Below are positions 44,912 through 53,623 of a stretch of 64,000 nucleotides of DNA, one piece after another (the stretch's first letter is position 1; each line of letters opens with the position of its first letter). Origin of the DNA: Clostridia bacterium (GTDB taxonomy: Bacteria > Bacillota > Clostridia > Christensenellales > Borkfalkiaceae); the NCBI GenBank assembly GCA_017507045.1, contig JAFWBP010000016.1, positions 231 to 64,230 of the forward strand, in the 5' to 3' direction. The position numbers and the translations under genes were made by a program. The notes beneath the pieces were generated by a model. It saw nothing but the letters and a program-made list of their open reading frames with translations, searched no databases and was not told where the DNA came from.

Positions 44912-47083
44912 ATGAAAATTATAAAGAGAAACGGTACGGAAGTCCCTTTCGATATTGAAAAGATTTTGAACGCTATCCGCAAGGCGAATAACGAAGTCAG
45001 CGAGGGAGCACGGCTCACCGAGGAGCAGATCACGGGAATTGCGCAAAAAGTTACGGCGCTTGCAGGTGATCTCAACCGAGCTGTAAATGTTGAAGAGATC
45101 CAGGATTTCGTGGAGAACCAGATCATGGATCAAAAGGCGTTCTCCGTTGCAAGAAAGTACATCACGTATCGCTATACACGTTCGCTCGTCCGCCAGTCGA
45201 ATACGACGGACGCGCAGATCCTCACGCTCATCGAGTGTAACAATGAGGAAGTGAAGCAGGAGAATTCCAATAAAAATCCCACGGTCAATTCCGTTCAGCG
45301 CGATTATATGGCAGGCGAAGTCTCGAAAGATCTCACGCGCCGCATTCTGCTTCCGCCCGATATCGTAGAGGCGCACGATGAGGGAATTCTGCACTTCCAC
45401 GACGCCGATTACTTTGCGCAACACATGCACAATTGCGACCTCGTAAATTTGGAGGATATGTTGCAGAACGGCACCGTTATCTCGGGAACTTTCATCGAAA
45501 AGCCGCATTCCTTCTCCACGGCGTGTAACATTGCAACGCAGATCATCGCGCAGGTCGCTTCCAATCAGTACGGTGGGCAGAGCATTTCTCTCACGCACCT
45601 CGCGCCTTTCGTAGATATCAGCCGCAAAAAGATCCGCGCCGAGGTTGCCGCAGAGCTTGCCGGAGTAGGCGTTTTTGATGAAGAGCAAATTGCAAAAATC
45701 GCTGAAAAGCGCCTTCGCGACGAGGTTAAGAAGGGAATTCAAACGATTCAGTATCAGGTGGTAACCCTTCTCACAACGAACGGTCAGGCTCCCTTCGTTA
45801 CCGTGTTCATGTATTTGGGTGAAGCACGCAGCGAGCGTGAGCGCGGCGATCTTGCCATGATCATCGAGGAAACGCTTCTTCAGCGCATTCAGGGCGTAAA
45901 GAATGAATCGGGCGTGTGGGTAACGCCTGCCTTCCCCAAACTGATCTACGTTCTTGAAGAAGATAATATCCGCGAGGGTAGCAAATTTTGGGATCTCACC
46001 GTGCTGGCTGCAAAGTGCACCGCAAAGCGCATGGTTCCCGATTACATCTCCGAGAAGAAGATGCTCGAATACAAAAAGGATAAGAACGGCGAGGGGCATT
46101 GCTACACCTGCATGGGTTGCCGCAGCTTCCTCACGCCTTACGTGGATGCAGAGGGCAAGCCGAAGTATTACGGCAGATTCAATCAGGGTGTTGTAACGAT
46201 CAACCTCGTTGATGTTGCGCTCTCCTCAAAGGGCAACGTGCTCGATTTTTGGACGATCTTTGATGAACGCCTCGATCTTTGCTATCGCGCCCTCCTCGAG
46301 CGCCACAACCGCCTCAAGGGCACGCTTTCCGATGCGGCGCCCATCCTTTGGCAGTACGGCGCGCTTGCACGCCTCAAGAAAGGGGAGACGATCGATAAGC
46401 TCCTCTACGGCGGCTATTCCACGATTTCCCTCGGCTTTGCAGGCCTTTACGAGTGCGTGAAATATATGACTGGTAAATCGCACACCGATGAAGAGGCGAA
46501 GCCCTTCGCACTCGCCGTGATGCAGCACATGAACGATAAATGCAAGGAGTGGAAGGAAAAGCACAAGATTGATTTCTCGCTCTACGGCACGCCGCTTGAA
46601 AGCACCACCTACAAGTTTGCTAAGGCGCTTCAGAAGCGGTTCGGCATCATTCCGGGCGTAACCGATAAGAACTATATTACCAACAGCTATCACGTGCACG
46701 TTTCCGAACCGATCGATGCATTCACCAAGCTCAAGTTTGAGAGTGAATTCCAGCAGCTCTCGCCGGGTGGCGCGATCTCCTACGTGGAAGTTCCCAACAT
46801 GCAGGATAACATTCCTGCCGTGCTTGCCGTGATGCAGTATATCTACGATAACATCATGTACGCCGAGCTCAACACCAAGAGCGATTATTGCCAGGTGTGC
46901 GGCTACGACGGTGAAATCGCCATCGTGGAAGAGGATAACAAGCTCCTTTGGGAGTGCCCGCACTGCAAGAATCGCGATCAGAATAAGATGAACGTTGCAC
47001 GCCGCACCTGCGGTTACATCGGCTCGCAGTTCTGGAATCAGGGCAGAACGCAGGAAATCAGAGATAGAGTTTTGCACCTTTAA
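44912..47083 (+). CDS. nrdD: Anaerobic ribonucleoside-triphosphate reductase
   Basis: ATP-cone N-terminus (MKIIKRNGTEVPFDIEKI), a C-terminal Zn-ribbon (CxxC...CxxC) and the glycyl-radical motif RRTCGYIG. AGAGGTG RBS. Confidence 0.95.
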   Translation: MKIIKRNGTEVPFDIEKILNAIRKANNEVSEGARLTEEQITGIAQKVTALAGDLNRAVNVEEIQDFVENQIMDQKAFSVARKYITYRYTRSLVRQSNTTDAQILTLIECNNEEVKQENSNKNPTVNSVQRDYMAGEVSKDLTRRILLPPDIVEAHDEGILHFHDADYFAQHMHNCDLVNLEDMLQNGTVISGTFIEKPHSFSTACNIATQIIAQVASNQYGGQSISLTHLAPFVDISRKKIRAEVAAELAGVGVFDEEQIAKIAEKRLRDEVKKGIQTIQYQVVTLLTTNGQAPFVTVFMYLGEARSERERGDLAMIIEETLLQRIQGVKNESGVWVTPAFPKLIYVLEEDNIREGSKFWDLTVLAAKCTAKRMVPDYISEKKMLEYKKDKNGEGHCYTCMGCRSFLTPYVDAEGKPKYYGRFNQGVVTINLVDVALSSKGNVLDFWTIFDERLDLCYRALLERHNRLKGTLSDAAPILWQYGALARLKKGETIDKLLYGGYSTISLGFAGLYECVKYMTGKSHTDEEAKPFALAVMQHMNDKCKEWKEKHKIDFSLYGTPLESTTYKFAKALQKRFGIIPGVTDKNYITNSYHVHVSEPIDAFTKLKFESEFQQLSPGGAISYVEVPNMQDNIPAVLAVMQYIYDNIMYAELNTKSDYCQVCGYDGEIAIVEEDNKLLWECPHCKNRDQNKMNVARRTCGYIGSQFWNQGRTQEIRDRVLHL

Positions 47084-47152
47084 TTCACGGATTTCTCATT
47101 CGTAGCTCCTTGTTGGGTAATTACGGCAAGAAATTTTGTGAGAGGATAACGC

Positions 47153-47674
47153 ATGAACGTTGCAGAAATTAAAAAAACAGATATCGCGAACGGAGAGGGA
47201 GTACGCGTCTCCCTCTTCGTTTCAGGTTGCACGCGGCACTGCAAGAACTGCTTTAACTCCGTTGCGTGGGATTTTAACTATGGCAGGCCCTTCACCGAAG
47301 AGGTGGAAAGGGAAGTTCTCGAAGCGCTTGCGCCTGAATTTATCGCAGGGTTAACGCTGCTCGGAGGCGATCCCTTCGAGCCTTCCAACCAGCGCGGATT
47401 ACTGCCTTTTGTAAAAAAAGTGAAAGAGCGTTTTCCGCAAAAGAATATTTGGTGCTACACCGGATATACTTACCAAGATGGGGAAATTCGCGAGCCGCAC
47501 GCACGCTGTGAGGTAACGCGCGAACTTATTTCCATGCTCGATGTGCTGGTAGACGGAATGTTCATCGAAGAATTGAAGGATATCCGCCTGAAATTCCGTG
47601 GTTCTTCCAACCAACGCGTAATCGACGTGCAAAAAACCTTGAAGGAAGGAACAATTCAACTCTATTTATCATAG
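47153..47674 (+). CDS. nrdG: Anaerobic RNR activating radical-SAM protein
   Basis: GCTRHCKNCFN (CxxxCxxC) and GGDPF. Confidence 0.93.
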   Translation: MNVAEIKKTDIANGEGVRVSLFVSGCTRHCKNCFNSVAWDFNYGRPFTEEVEREVLEALAPEFIAGLTLLGGDPFEPSNQRGLLPFVKKVKERFPQKNIWCYTGYTYQDGEIREPHARCEVTRELISMLDVLVDGMFIEELKDIRLKFRGSSNQRVIDVQKTLKEGTIQLYLS

Positions 47675-47796
47675 CTCCTCCAACAGAGGAGCTATCTCCG
47701 TATGATGGGGCGTGTAAAAAAATCCGCAACACCGTTTTAGCGGCTTCCCTTTCAAGCGAAAATCCAAAAAATACATTTACAACATGAGGTGATATT

Positions 47797-49026
47797 ATGA
47801 ATAAAACACAACTTAAAAAGTATGCAAGGCTACTCGCCAAGGTGGGCGTGAACGTAAAGCGCGGGCAATGGGTTATCGTGCAAGCGGAACTCGATCAGCC
47901 TGAATTCGTGGAAATGTGCGTGGAAGAACTCTACCGCGCAGGCGCAGGAAAGGTTACCGTTGAATGGTCGCACCAGAACCTTGTTCCTCTGCACTATAAG
48001 CACCAAAAGCAGGCGAGCCTTGAGAAATTCGAAAAGTGGGAGATCGAGAAGCTTGAGCTGCGCAAAAAAGAGCTTCCGGCAATGCTCTACCTCGAATCCT
48101 CCAATCCCGATGGGCTTGCAGGAATGGATCAGGAAAAGTTCACCGCCGTTCGCAGTTCGCGCACGAAGGTGATAAAGCCATACCGCGATGAGATGGAGAA
48201 TAAGTACCAGTGGTGTATCGCCGCAGTTCCCGGTGAAGCGTGGGCGAAGAAGGTATTCCCTGACTTAAAGCTCGGCAATACCGCCGTGAATAAGCTTTGG
48301 GATTGCATTTTAGAGGCGGCGCATGCAGAGGGATCCGATCCCGTGCGCGAATGGATGCGCCACAACGATGATCTGGCACAGCGCTGCGATAAACTTAATC
48401 GCCTCAAGCTCGTTTCGCTCGAATATAAATCCTCCAACGGTACCGATTTCAAGGTTGGGCTCATTGAAAACAGCGAGTTCAAGGGCGGCGCAGAGGAGAC
48501 GATCGAGGGCGCCATTTTCAATCCGAACATTCCCTCTGAAGAGATTTTCATCTCTCCGAAAGCCGGGGTTGCAGAGGGTATTGTGTATTCCACGAAGCCG
48601 CTTTCCTATCAGGGCGAGCTCATTGAGAACTTCTCTCTCCGTTTTGAAGGCGGAAAGGTTGTTGAAGTGAAGGCAGAAAAGAACCAGCATCTCCTCGAAA
48701 AAATGGTATCCATGGATGAGGGTGCGCGAATGCTCGGCGAGTGTGCACTGATCGCCTACGATTCTCCCATTAACAATCAGGGTATCCTCTATTACAACAC
48801 GCTGTTCGATGAGAATGCAAGCTGCCACCTTGCGCTTGGAAGGGGCTTCAACGAGTGCGTGCGAGGATTCGAAACTATGTCGCTCGAGGAACTGCACGAG
48901 AAGGGCATCAACGATAGTATGATTCACGTTGATTTCATGATCGGCTCGAAGGATCTCGAAATTGTAGGCGTTACGAAGAACGGCGAACGCGTGAAGATTT
49001 TTGAAAACGGCAATTGGGCAATATAA
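47797..49026 (+). CDS. M29-family aminopeptidase (PepS/AmpS type)
   Basis: LKKYARLLAKVGVNVKRGQ...; about 410 aa, the typical family length and pattern. Confidence 0.85.
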   Translation: MNKTQLKKYARLLAKVGVNVKRGQWVIVQAELDQPEFVEMCVEELYRAGAGKVTVEWSHQNLVPLHYKHQKQASLEKFEKWEIEKLELRKKELPAMLYLESSNPDGLAGMDQEKFTAVRSSRTKVIKPYRDEMENKYQWCIAAVPGEAWAKKVFPDLKLGNTAVNKLWDCILEAAHAEGSDPVREWMRHNDDLAQRCDKLNRLKLVSLEYKSSNGTDFKVGLIENSEFKGGAEETIEGAIFNPNIPSEEIFISPKAGVAEGIVYSTKPLSYQGELIENFSLRFEGGKVVEVKAEKNQHLLEKMVSMDEGARMLGECALIAYDSPINNQGILYYNTLFDENASCHLALGRGFNECVRGFETMSLEELHEKGINDSMIHVDFMIGSKDLEIVGVTKNGERVKIFENGNWAI

Positions 49027-49038
49027 TAAAGAGGTAAT

Positions 49039-50157
49039 ATGATTCAAATTGATATCTTTTCGGGCTTTTTGGGAGCTGGGAAAACAACGCTCATCAAAAA
49101 GCTCATCAAGGAGGGTTACGCAGGGGAGAAGGTCGTGCTCATCGAAAATGAGTTTGGTGAGATCGGCGTAGACGGCGGTTTTTTAAAGGACGCCGGGATT
49201 GAAATCACTGAAATGAATTCGGGATGCATTTGCTGTTCGCTCGTTGGCGATTTCTCCAAGGCACTCAAAGAGGTTGCCCAAAAGTTTGCCCCCGAGCGCA
49301 TCGTAATTGAGCCTTCAGGCGTTGGTAAGCTTTCCGATGTGATCAAAGCCGTTCAACAAGCCGAAGTTCCCGAAAGCAGGCTGAACGCCTTCTGCACTGT
49401 TGTAGATGCAAAAAAGTGCAAGGTTTATCTTAAAAACTTCGGCGAATTTTTCCTCGATCAGGTGGAAAACGCCAGCTGCATCGTCCTCTCTCACACGGCT
49501 GATCCGAAGAAAGTTGCTGAGGCCGTGGCGCTTCTCAAAGAGCATACGAACGCTACGATCGTGACAACCGATTGGGATTCACTCGATGGAAAGGAAATCC
49601 TTTCCGCCATGCAAAGAACGGATTCTTTGCAAACCGAGATTGAAAAACTTGCCGCAGAGGCGCACGCGCACCATCACGAGCACGAACATCATCACCATCA
49701 TGAAGATGAAGGGTGTGATGATCCTCACTGCCACTGCCATCATCACCACGAGCACGGCGAACACGATTGCCACCATCACGAGCACGAACATCATCACCAT
49801 CATGAAGATGAAGAGTGTGATGATCCTCACTGCCACTGCCACCATCACCACGAGCACGGCGAACACCATCACGAGCATCATCATGCTGATGAGATCTTCA
49901 CGAGCTGGGGCGTTGAGACGGCGAAACGCTTTACGCAAGCCGAGCTCGAAGGCGCACTCGCGGCGCTCGCTTCCGGCGAATACGGACAAGTTTTACGTGC
50001 AAAGGGCATCGTAGATGGCGAAAATGGCTGGCTGTACTTTGATTACGTGCCCGATGAAGCAGATGTTCGTACGGGAACGCCTGCCGTTACAGGAAGGCTT
50101 TGTGTGATCGGGTGCGATCTCAAAGAAGAGAAATTGAAGGAGCTCTTTTTGAAATAA
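49039..50157 (+). CDS. COG0523 (CobW/ZigA/ZNG1-type) metallochaperone GTPase with internal His/Cys-rich cassette
   Basis: GFLGAGKTTLI P-loop, GCICCS (CxCC), and a cassette of more than 70 aa (HHHEHEHHHHHEDEGCDDPHCHCHHHHEHGEH...). It starts 12 nt after the aminopeptidase. Confidence 0.85.
   Translation: MIQIDIFSGFLGAGKTTLIKKLIKEGYAGEKVVLIENEFGEIGVDGGFLKDAGIEITEMNSGCICCSLVGDFSKALKEVAQKFAPERIVIEPSGVGKLSDVIKAVQQAEVPESRLNAFCTVVDAKKCKVYLKNFGEFFLDQVENASCIVLSHTADPKKVAEAVALLKEHTNATIVTTDWDSLDGKEILSAMQRTDSLQTEIEKLAAEAHAHHHEHEHHHHHEDEGCDDPHCHCHHHHEHGEHDCHHHEHEHHHHHEDEECDDPHCHCHHHHEHGEHHHEHHHADEIFTSWGVETAKRFTQAELEGALAALASGEYGQVLRAKGIVDGENGWLYFDYVPDEADVRTGTPAVTGRLCVIGCDLKEEKLKELFLK
49669..49872. repeat. 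Two tandem 102-bp units (34 aa) encoding the His/Cys-rich cassette, plus a partial third
   Basis: Units start at 49669 and 49771 and differ at only a few positions. Confidence 0.9.
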
Positions 50158-50158
50158 T

Positions 50159-51106
50159 ATGCCCAAGGAAATACCCGTTTACCTCTTTCTCGGATTTTTA
50201 GATGCGGGGAAGACGAAGTTTATCCAAGAAACGTTTGAGGACGAGCGTTTCGATGATGCAAACGAACGTACGCTCCTGCTTGTGCTTGAAGAAGGAGAGG
50301 AAGAATTTGATCCTTCACGCTTTGCTGTTAAAAAATGTGCATTGGAAATCCTTCCGCAAGAAGAACTCACGCTCGAGCGGCTCACGGCATTGCAAAAAAA
50401 ACACAAACCGCAACGCGTTGTAGTGGAATACAACGGAATGCTCACACTCGATGCGCTTTTTGATGCAATGCCGGATGGTTGGATGATCACGCAGGTGATG
50501 ACATTTTTCGATGCCGCCACCTTCAAAAGATACAATCAGAACATGCGCCAGCTCGTATTCGATAAGCTGCAATATGCCGATATGGTGGTATTCAACCGCT
50601 TTCAAGATGATTTTTCACAGGAAGAGTTCCATAAAACCGTGCGCGGAGTAACCAGAAGGGCGAACATCGTGTACGAATACGTTGGCGGAAAGGCGGTATT
50701 TGATGAAATCGTGGATCCGCTTCCCTTCGATATTGACGCAAAGATCATTGAAATTGCCGATCGCGATTACGCATTTTTTTACCGCGATCTCGTGGAAGAA
50801 ACGCCCAAATATGCGGGAAAAATCGTCCGCTTTAAGGGGCTCGTAGCCATAGACGGCAAAATGAAGAGTGGAACGATCGTTGTTGGAAGGCATGTGATGA
50901 CGTGTTGTGAAGCGGATATCGCCTACAGTGGGCTCGTTTGTCTGCACGCTTCCAATCTTCCGCTGAAAATGCGCGATTGGGTAATGGTGACCGCCAGAAT
51001 CGATATAGAGCGCCATCCCATTTACGGGCAAGAAGGTCCGGTGCTCAAGGCAACCTCCCTTGACTATGCGCCACCGCCCGAAGATGAGCTTGCAACATTT
51101 TATTAA
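50159..51106 (+). CDS. COG0523-like GTPase paralog lacking CxCC, fused to a DUF1980/TIGR03943-like CC-motif C-terminal domain
   Basis: GFLDAGKT P-loop, no CxCC. The C-terminus (GRHVMTCCEADIAYSGLVC...DWVMVTARI) resembles the (R)F.MTCCAADA signature. It starts 1 nt after the preceding stop. Confidence 0.6.
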   Translation: MPKEIPVYLFLGFLDAGKTKFIQETFEDERFDDANERTLLLVLEEGEEEFDPSRFAVKKCALEILPQEELTLERLTALQKKHKPQRVVVEYNGMLTLDALFDAMPDGWMITQVMTFFDAATFKRYNQNMRQLVFDKLQYADMVVFNRFQDDFSQEEFHKTVRGVTRRANIVYEYVGGKAVFDEIVDPLPFDIDAKIIEIADRDYAFFYRDLVEETPKYAGKIVRFKGLVAIDGKMKSGTIVVGRHVMTCCEADIAYSGLVCLHASNLPLKMRDWVMVTARIDIERHPIYGQEGPVLKATSLDYAPPPEDELATFY

Positions 51107-51191
51107 ACGATAAAATACGTGAACTGGAAATGTATATTTTCCTGTGATTTACAGGAATATGCATAGTCTATGACCGAATATCGATATAGTG

Positions 51192-51218
51192 ATCCCTCGA
51201 CATGCCCGAGGGATTTTC
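51192..51218 (+). terminator. Intrinsic terminator of the pepS-COG0523 operon
   Basis: ATCCCTCG acatgcc CGAGGGAT followed by TTTTCTGTTT. Confidence 0.75.
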
Positions 51219-51270
51219 TGTTTCTTATGAAAATAATTATAAAAATTACTAAAAAAATTCATTTTTAATA

Positions 51271-51299
51271 TTTACATTTCCGGAAAAGTATGATATAAT
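51271..51299 (+). promoter_or_regulatory. SigmaA promoter of the flavodoxin gene (extended -10)
   Basis: TTTACA, a 17-nt spacer ending in TGA, then TATAAT. Confidence 0.65.
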
Positions 51300-51321
51300 A
51301 CAATCAATGGAGGAAATTACC

Positions 51322-51795
51322 ATGAAAACTCTCGTCGTTTATTATTCCCTCGGCGGAAATACGCGCGCCGTTGCACGCCGTATCGCCAGAGCTCTCAAAG
51401 CGGACGTGCTTGAAATCCGCACTACTAAAACTTATCCCGATGACGTTGACGTGCTCCACGGGCTTGCGCAGCAAGAAGTGAAAACGGGGTATATTCCTCA
51501 GCTTCACCCTTATCGCGTTGATTTTGATAAATACGATGCGATCGTTTTGGGAACGCCCGTGTGGTGGTCTACTTTCGCGCCTGCAATGAAAACGTTCATG
51601 AAAGGCAAGGATTGGAAGGGCAGAAAGGTATTTCCGTTCACGACGAACGGCACCACGATTGGTCATACGCCCAGCGATTTCCGCAAGGCATTGAAGGGTG
51701 CAGAAGTTGCGCCTATACTCAGTGTGCAATTTGAGGATCGCGTGCAGGTTACGCCTGAAAACATTGTTAAGGCGTGGCTTGAACTCATTGGCTAA
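51322..51795 (+). CDS. Flavodoxin-family protein
   Basis: MKTLVVYYSLGGNTRAVA...LGTPVWW. GGAGGA RBS before the ATG at 51322. Confidence 0.85.
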   Translation: MKTLVVYYSLGGNTRAVARRIARALKADVLEIRTTKTYPDDVDVLHGLAQQEVKTGYIPQLHPYRVDFDKYDAIVLGTPVWWSTFAPAMKTFMKGKDWKGRKVFPFTTNGTTIGHTPSDFRKALKGAEVAPILSVQFEDRVQVTPENIVKAWLELIG

Positions 51796-52659
51796 ATGCT
51801 GGAAGGTCTACTTCTCGCTGAATACGGCGAAAGTATTGCACAGCAGATTGCAGACGGCTACTCATATGAGCACCCGGTAACCGTGCGCATTAACACCTTG
51901 AAGGCAGATGTCGGCGAAGTGTGTTTTGCGTTTGCTGAAAAGGGGATTTCCGTAAGGCAAGTCCCTTGGTATTCAAGTGCGCTCATTCTCGAAAACATAG
52001 CGGAAAGCGCCGTGGAAAAAACCCCTCTCTACGCAGAGGGGAAAATTTATATGCAGAACCTTTCCTCCATGTTACCGCCGCTCTATCTTGAGCCGAAGGC
52101 AGGGGAGAACATTCTCGATATGACGGCGGCGCCGGGCGGAAAGACTTCTCAGATCTATGCGCTTTCCGAGGGGAAGGCGCTCGTTACCGCATGCGAACGA
52201 GATAAAATCCGTTACGAGAGGCTGCTTTTTAATCTCCGCCGGCAAGGGGCTACGCGTGTTTCCACACTAAAATTGGATGCAGCTACGCTCGATGATTTTC
52301 TTTCCTTTGATAAGATTTTGTTAGATGCGCCCTGTAGCGGAAGCGGAACGGTAACGCCTACAAATCCCATTCGTTTTTCCGTGGAATACCTGAAAAAGTG
52401 TGTGAAGGCGCAGGAAAAGCTCTTAAAAAAGGCTTTAAGGCTTTTAAAAAGGGGCGGAACGCTTGTGTATTCCACCTGCTCCGTGCTTAAGGAAGAGAAT
52501 GAAGAGCTGCTCAAGCGCATTCTTCCGCAGGCCGGTGCGCAAATTGTGCCCATTGAACCGTTTGAAGGAATACCAACGCTTCCATCCTTAGAGGGAACGG
52601 TTGCCGTGCTTCCCACCGAGCTTTACGAGGGCTTCTTCGTGGCAAAAATCACAAAATAA
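51796..52659 (+). CDS. RsmB/RsmF (NOL1/NOP2/Sun) family RNA m5C methyltransferase
   Basis: DMTAAPGGKTSQI, LDAPCSGSGT and YSTCS. Confidence 0.85.
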   Translation: MLEGLLLAEYGESIAQQIADGYSYEHPVTVRINTLKADVGEVCFAFAEKGISVRQVPWYSSALILENIAESAVEKTPLYAEGKIYMQNLSSMLPPLYLEPKAGENILDMTAAPGGKTSQIYALSEGKALVTACERDKIRYERLLFNLRRQGATRVSTLKLDAATLDDFLSFDKILLDAPCSGSGTVTPTNPIRFSVEYLKKCVKAQEKLLKKALRLLKRGGTLVYSTCSVLKEENEELLKRILPQAGAQIVPIEPFEGIPTLPSLEGTVAVLPTELYEGFFVAKITK

Positions 52660-52668
52660 TCGTATACG

Positions 52669-52698
52669 AAAAAAAGCGGGAAAACTTCCCGCTTTTTC
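52669..52698. terminator. Bidirectional intrinsic terminator
   Basis: A6, then AGCGGGA aaact TCCCGCT, then T5. Confidence 0.8.
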
Positions 52699-52710
52699 TT
52701 TCACGATTGA

Positions 52711-53622
52711 TTATTTCTTTTTATTTTTCATGATCACAATGGCAAGGTAAGCTGCAAAAAGAAGCGCGCACGCGCCGAGTAGAATTGCATACATACCCCA
52801 AAGAGGAATTCCCATTTCGCCAACGTAGAGGTTGCCATCGAATGCATCCATAAGTGCCTTTTGCCCTTCGGCAATCAGCCCCATATCTCCAAGTTTTTCA
52901 ATGTAACTTGCCATAAAATGATTTCTCATGATGCCCACGCTATAGGTGCCGGGGAGCATTCCAATTACGTTGCGCATGCCTTCCGCAAACTGCGAGAGGG
53001 GCATATAGGCGCCGCAAATAAAGCCGTACATCGAGGAAACAAGTGAAGAAACCGCCGAGAGAGCCCCTTGGGTGGAGATAAAAATGCCAATTATTCCGGC
53101 GAGCAGCGTTCCAAAGAGTACGCAACAGAGGATATCGAGGATGATCATCATCACATTTGATACCGTTAAATACCAGCCAACCGCAGCGAGATAGGCAAAT
53201 CCGAGGGCCATAACCGCAAGCATTACGATGAGTGTTACAATAAAATTCGCAATAAAATAACTAACGGAGAGTGTGAAGCCGCTTACGGGGGAAACTCGAA
53301 AATCGTTAATCGTGCCATCGATTTTATCGTTGATCATAACGGCGTTGGAGCTAACTGCAACCGTAACCGCGCACACGGAAAGAATGGAAGAGATCAGCCA
53401 AGCGCCTGCGAGGCCTTCCGTTATTCGGCTGTTTTCCGGCGCGAAGGCAAACGATTCAAAAATTGCGTGAAAGGCATCCAAATATATGCTACGCAAAAAG
53501 GTAGCAAAGAGGGCAAGCAGGATCATTGGGGTGATCAGCGATATAAAAAAGAGAAATTTATCCTTAAAATAACATTTTATATTGCGCCGAATAAGCGCGC
53601 AAAGCTTTTTCATTTCTATCAT
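52711..53622 (-). CDS. ABC-2 type transporter permease
   Basis: 303 aa, six TM, immediately downstream of the ABC ATPase. Confidence 0.8.
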   Translation of the reverse strand: MIEMKKLCALIRRNIKCYFKDKFLFFISLITPMILLALFATFLRSIYLDAFHAIFESFAFAPENSRITEGLAGAWLISSILSVCAVTVAVSSNAVMINDKIDGTINDFRVSPVSGFTLSVSYFIANFIVTLIVMLAVMALGFAYLAAVGWYLTVSNVMMIILDILCCVLFGTLLAGIIGIFISTQGALSAVSSLVSSMYGFICGAYMPLSQFAEGMRNVIGMLPGTYSVGIMRNHFMASYIEKLGDMGLIAEGQKALMDAFDGNLYVGEMGIPLWGMYAILLGACALLFAAYLAIVIMKNKKK

Positions 53623-53623
53623 C

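Noticed and set aside
44882-46099. A 405-aa ORF antisense to nrdD. Similar long antisense ORFs occur at 46226-47077, 56754-57701, 48310-49047, 40662-41435 and 31495-32247.
   Set aside because: Each lies entirely inside, and opposite to, a gene with unmistakable conserved motifs. They have no RBS or promoter and low-complexity, Arg/His/Leu-rich translations. Stop-poor antisense frames like these are typical of mid-GC genes.
47675-47796. A Zur box upstream of the pepS-COG0523 operon.
   Set aside because: Nothing in the gap resembles the Firmicute Zur palindrome (TCGTAAT-N-ATTACGA).
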